NCBI RefSeq assembly: GCF_963921235.1 | Contig: NC_086097.1 | Location: 90,522,001 to 90,586,000, forward strand | Length of the DNA: 64,000 nt | Reading direction: 5' to 3' | Origin: Mobula hypostoma | Lineage: Eukaryota | Shown here: one piece after another, positions 61,801-64,000 of the stretch | Numbering within the stretch: position 1 is the first letter of the stretch | Layout: each line of letters begins with the position of its first letter | Notes under the pieces: model-generated | The model's database searches: none | What the model was told of the DNA's origin: nothing | The model's input: only the letters and a program-made list of their open reading frames with translations | Made by a program: the position numbers and the translations under genes

Positions 61801-64000
61801 CGAGCTCCCAGAACCCAAGCCTCGAGGATCCCGCAGCCGAGCTCCAAGAACCCAAGCCTCGAGGATCCCGCATCGAGTTGCAGGCTCAAGACCCAAGGCT
61901 TAAGGACCATGCAGACGATCCCGAGGCACAAGGCCCAAGACTCCTGGACCCAAGCCTCAAGGACCCCGCAGCCGAGCCCAAGGCCCAAGACCCCAGCACT
62001 GAAGCCACGAGGATCCTGCAGGTGAGCTCCAAGAACCCAAGCCTCGAGGATCCCGCAGCCGAGCTCCAAGAACCCAAGCCTCGAGGATCCCGCAGCCGAG
62101 CTCCAAGAACCCAAGCCTCGAGGATCCCGCAGCCGAGCTCCAGGAACCCAAGCCTCGAGGAATCTGCGGCCGAACCCCAGAACCCAAGCCTCGTTCATCC
62201 CGCGGCCGAGCTCCAGGAACCCAAGCCTCGAGGATCCCGCGGCCGAGCTCCAAGAACCCAAGCCTCGAGGATCCTGCGGCCGAGCTCCAAGAACCCAAGC
62301 CTCGAGGATCCCGCGGCCGAGCTCCAAGAACCCAAGCCTCGAGGATCCCGCGGCCGAGCTCCAAGAACCCAAGCCTGGAGGATCCCGCGGCCGAGCTCCA
62401 GGAACCCAAGCCTCGAGGATCCCGCGGCCGAGCTCCAGGAACCGTAGCCTCGAGTAACCCGTGGCCGAGCTCCAGGAACAGAAGCCTCGAGGATCCCGCG
62501 GCCGAGCTCCAGGAACCCAAGCCTCGAGGATCCCGCGGCCGAGCTCCAGGAACCCAAGCCTCGAGGATCCCGCGGCCGAGCTCCAAGAACCCAAGCCTGT
62601 AGGATCCCGCGGCCGAGCTCCAAGAACCCAAGCCTCTAGGAGCCCACAGCTGAGCTCCAAGAACCCAAGACTCGACGATCCTGCGGCCGAGCTCCAAGAA
62701 CCCAAGACTCGACAATCCTGTGGCCGAGCTCCAAGAACCCAAGCCTCGAGGATCCCGCAGCCGAGCTCCAAGAACCCAAGCCTCGAGGATCCCGCAGCCG
62801 AGCTCCAAGAACCCAAGCCTCGAGAAACCTGCGGCCGAGCTCCAAGAGCCCAAGCCCCGAGGATCCTGCAGCCAAGCTGCTAGAATCCAAACCTCGAGGA
62901 TCCCGCTGCCGAGCTCCAAGAACCCAAGCCTCGAGGATCCCGCGGCCGAGCTCCAAGAACCCAAGCCTCGAGGATCCCGCAGCCGAGCTCCAAGAACCCA
63001 AGCCTCGAGGATCCCGCAGCTGAGCTCCAAGAACCCAAGCCTCGAGGATCCCGCATCGAGTTGCAGGCTCAAGACCCAAGGCTTAAGGACCATGCAGACG
63101 ATCCCGAGGCCCAAGGCCCAAGACTCCTGTACCCAAGCCTCAAGGACCCCGCAGCCGAGCCCAAGGCCCAAGACCCCAGCACTGAAGCCACGAGGATCCT
63201 GCAGGTGAGCTCCAAGAACCCAAGCCTCGAGGATCCCGCAGCCGAGCTCCAAGAACCCAAGCCTCGAGGAGCCCGCAGCCGAGCTCCAAGAACCCAAGCC
63301 TCGAGGATCCCGCAGCCGAGCTCCAAGAACCCAAGCCTCGAGGATCCCACAGCCGAGCTCCAAGAACCCAAGCCTGGAGGATCCCGCGGCCGAGCTCCAA
63401 GAGCCCAAGCCCCGAGGATCCTGCAGCCGAGCTGCTAGAATCCAAACCTCGAGGATCCAGCTGCCGAGCTCCAAGAACCCAAGCCTCGAGGATCCCGCAG
63501 CCGAGCTCAGGGCCCAAGATCCCAGCACCCAAGCCTCGAGGATCCCGCAGCCGAGCTTCAAGAGCCCAAGCCTCTAGGATCCCGCAGCCGAGCTCCAAGA
63601 TCCGATGTCTCGAGGAACCCGCAGCTGAGCTGCAGGCTCAAGACCCAAGGCTCGAGGACCGTGCAGCCGAGCCCAAGGCCCAAAACCCCAGCACCCAAGC
63701 ATCGAGGACCCCGCATCCGAGCAACAAGAACCGAAGCCTCGAGGATCCCGCATCCGAGCTCCAAGAACCCAAGCCTCGAGGATCCCCCAGCCGAGCCCCA
63801 AGAACCCAAGCCTGGAGGATCCCGCGGCCGAGCTCCAAGAACCCAAGCCTGGAGGATCCCGCGGCCGAGCTCCAAGAACCCAAGCCTGGAGGATCCCGCG
63901 GCCGAGCTCCAAGAACCCAAGCCTCGAGGATCCCGCGGCCGAGCTCCAAGAACCCAAGCCTGGAGGATCCCGCGGCCGAGCTCCAAGAACCCAAGCCTGG
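46829..64000. repeat. 37-bp GC-rich tandem array (satellite), >17 kb, runs off the window
   Basis: Consensus GCCGAGCTCCAAGAACCCAAGCCTCGAGGATCCCGCG (25/37 G+C, 4 CpG); ~460 monomer-equivalents by length; pure runs e.g. 60270-60780; 37-aa periodicity in the translated ORFs (3 monomers). Confidence 0.98.

Noticed and set aside
46674..63994. Very long ORFs (up to 1478 aa) on both strands as protein-coding genes
   Set aside because: Fully explained by a stop-free 37-bp monomer. All frames give the same peptide, many listed starts are not ATG, and no domain, splice structure or codon-position constraint is evident.
46829..64000. CRISPR array (37-bp partly palindromic repeats)
   Set aside because: Repeats are directly head-to-tail with no unique spacers, there are no cas genes, and the context is vertebrate.
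46829..64000. Cloning-vector polylinker or linker-concatemer contamination
   Set aside because: Contains many diverged monomers, recurring variant cassettes and CpG-type changes, and joins genomic LTR-like sequence through variant edge monomers.

Overview
Eukaryotic, repeat-dominated, apparently non-coding DNA. The repeat families (CR1 and Rex1/Babar LINEs, tRNA-derived SINEs, Penelope-like elements) suggest a cartilaginous fish, probably a ray; this is an inference from repeat content only. I found no host protein-coding exon I can support. Positions 1-45.7 kb are a nested graveyard of retroelements, with many readable target-site duplications (TSDs), a solo LTR, a TIR element with a 6-bp TSD, and about ten Penelope-type pseudo-LTR pieces. 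Several of these pieces carry minimal hammerhead ribozyme motifs, two of them with an intact core. From ~46.83 kb to the window end (>17 kb) is a GC/CpG-rich 37-bp tandem array with an irregular higher-order structure. It begins inside what looks like an LTR (TGTCA start at 46111), which is itself inserted into an older LTR. The monomer has no stop codon in any of the six frames, which explains all the very long ORFs in the track. Element boundaries are read by eye and are approximate unless a TSD is quoted.
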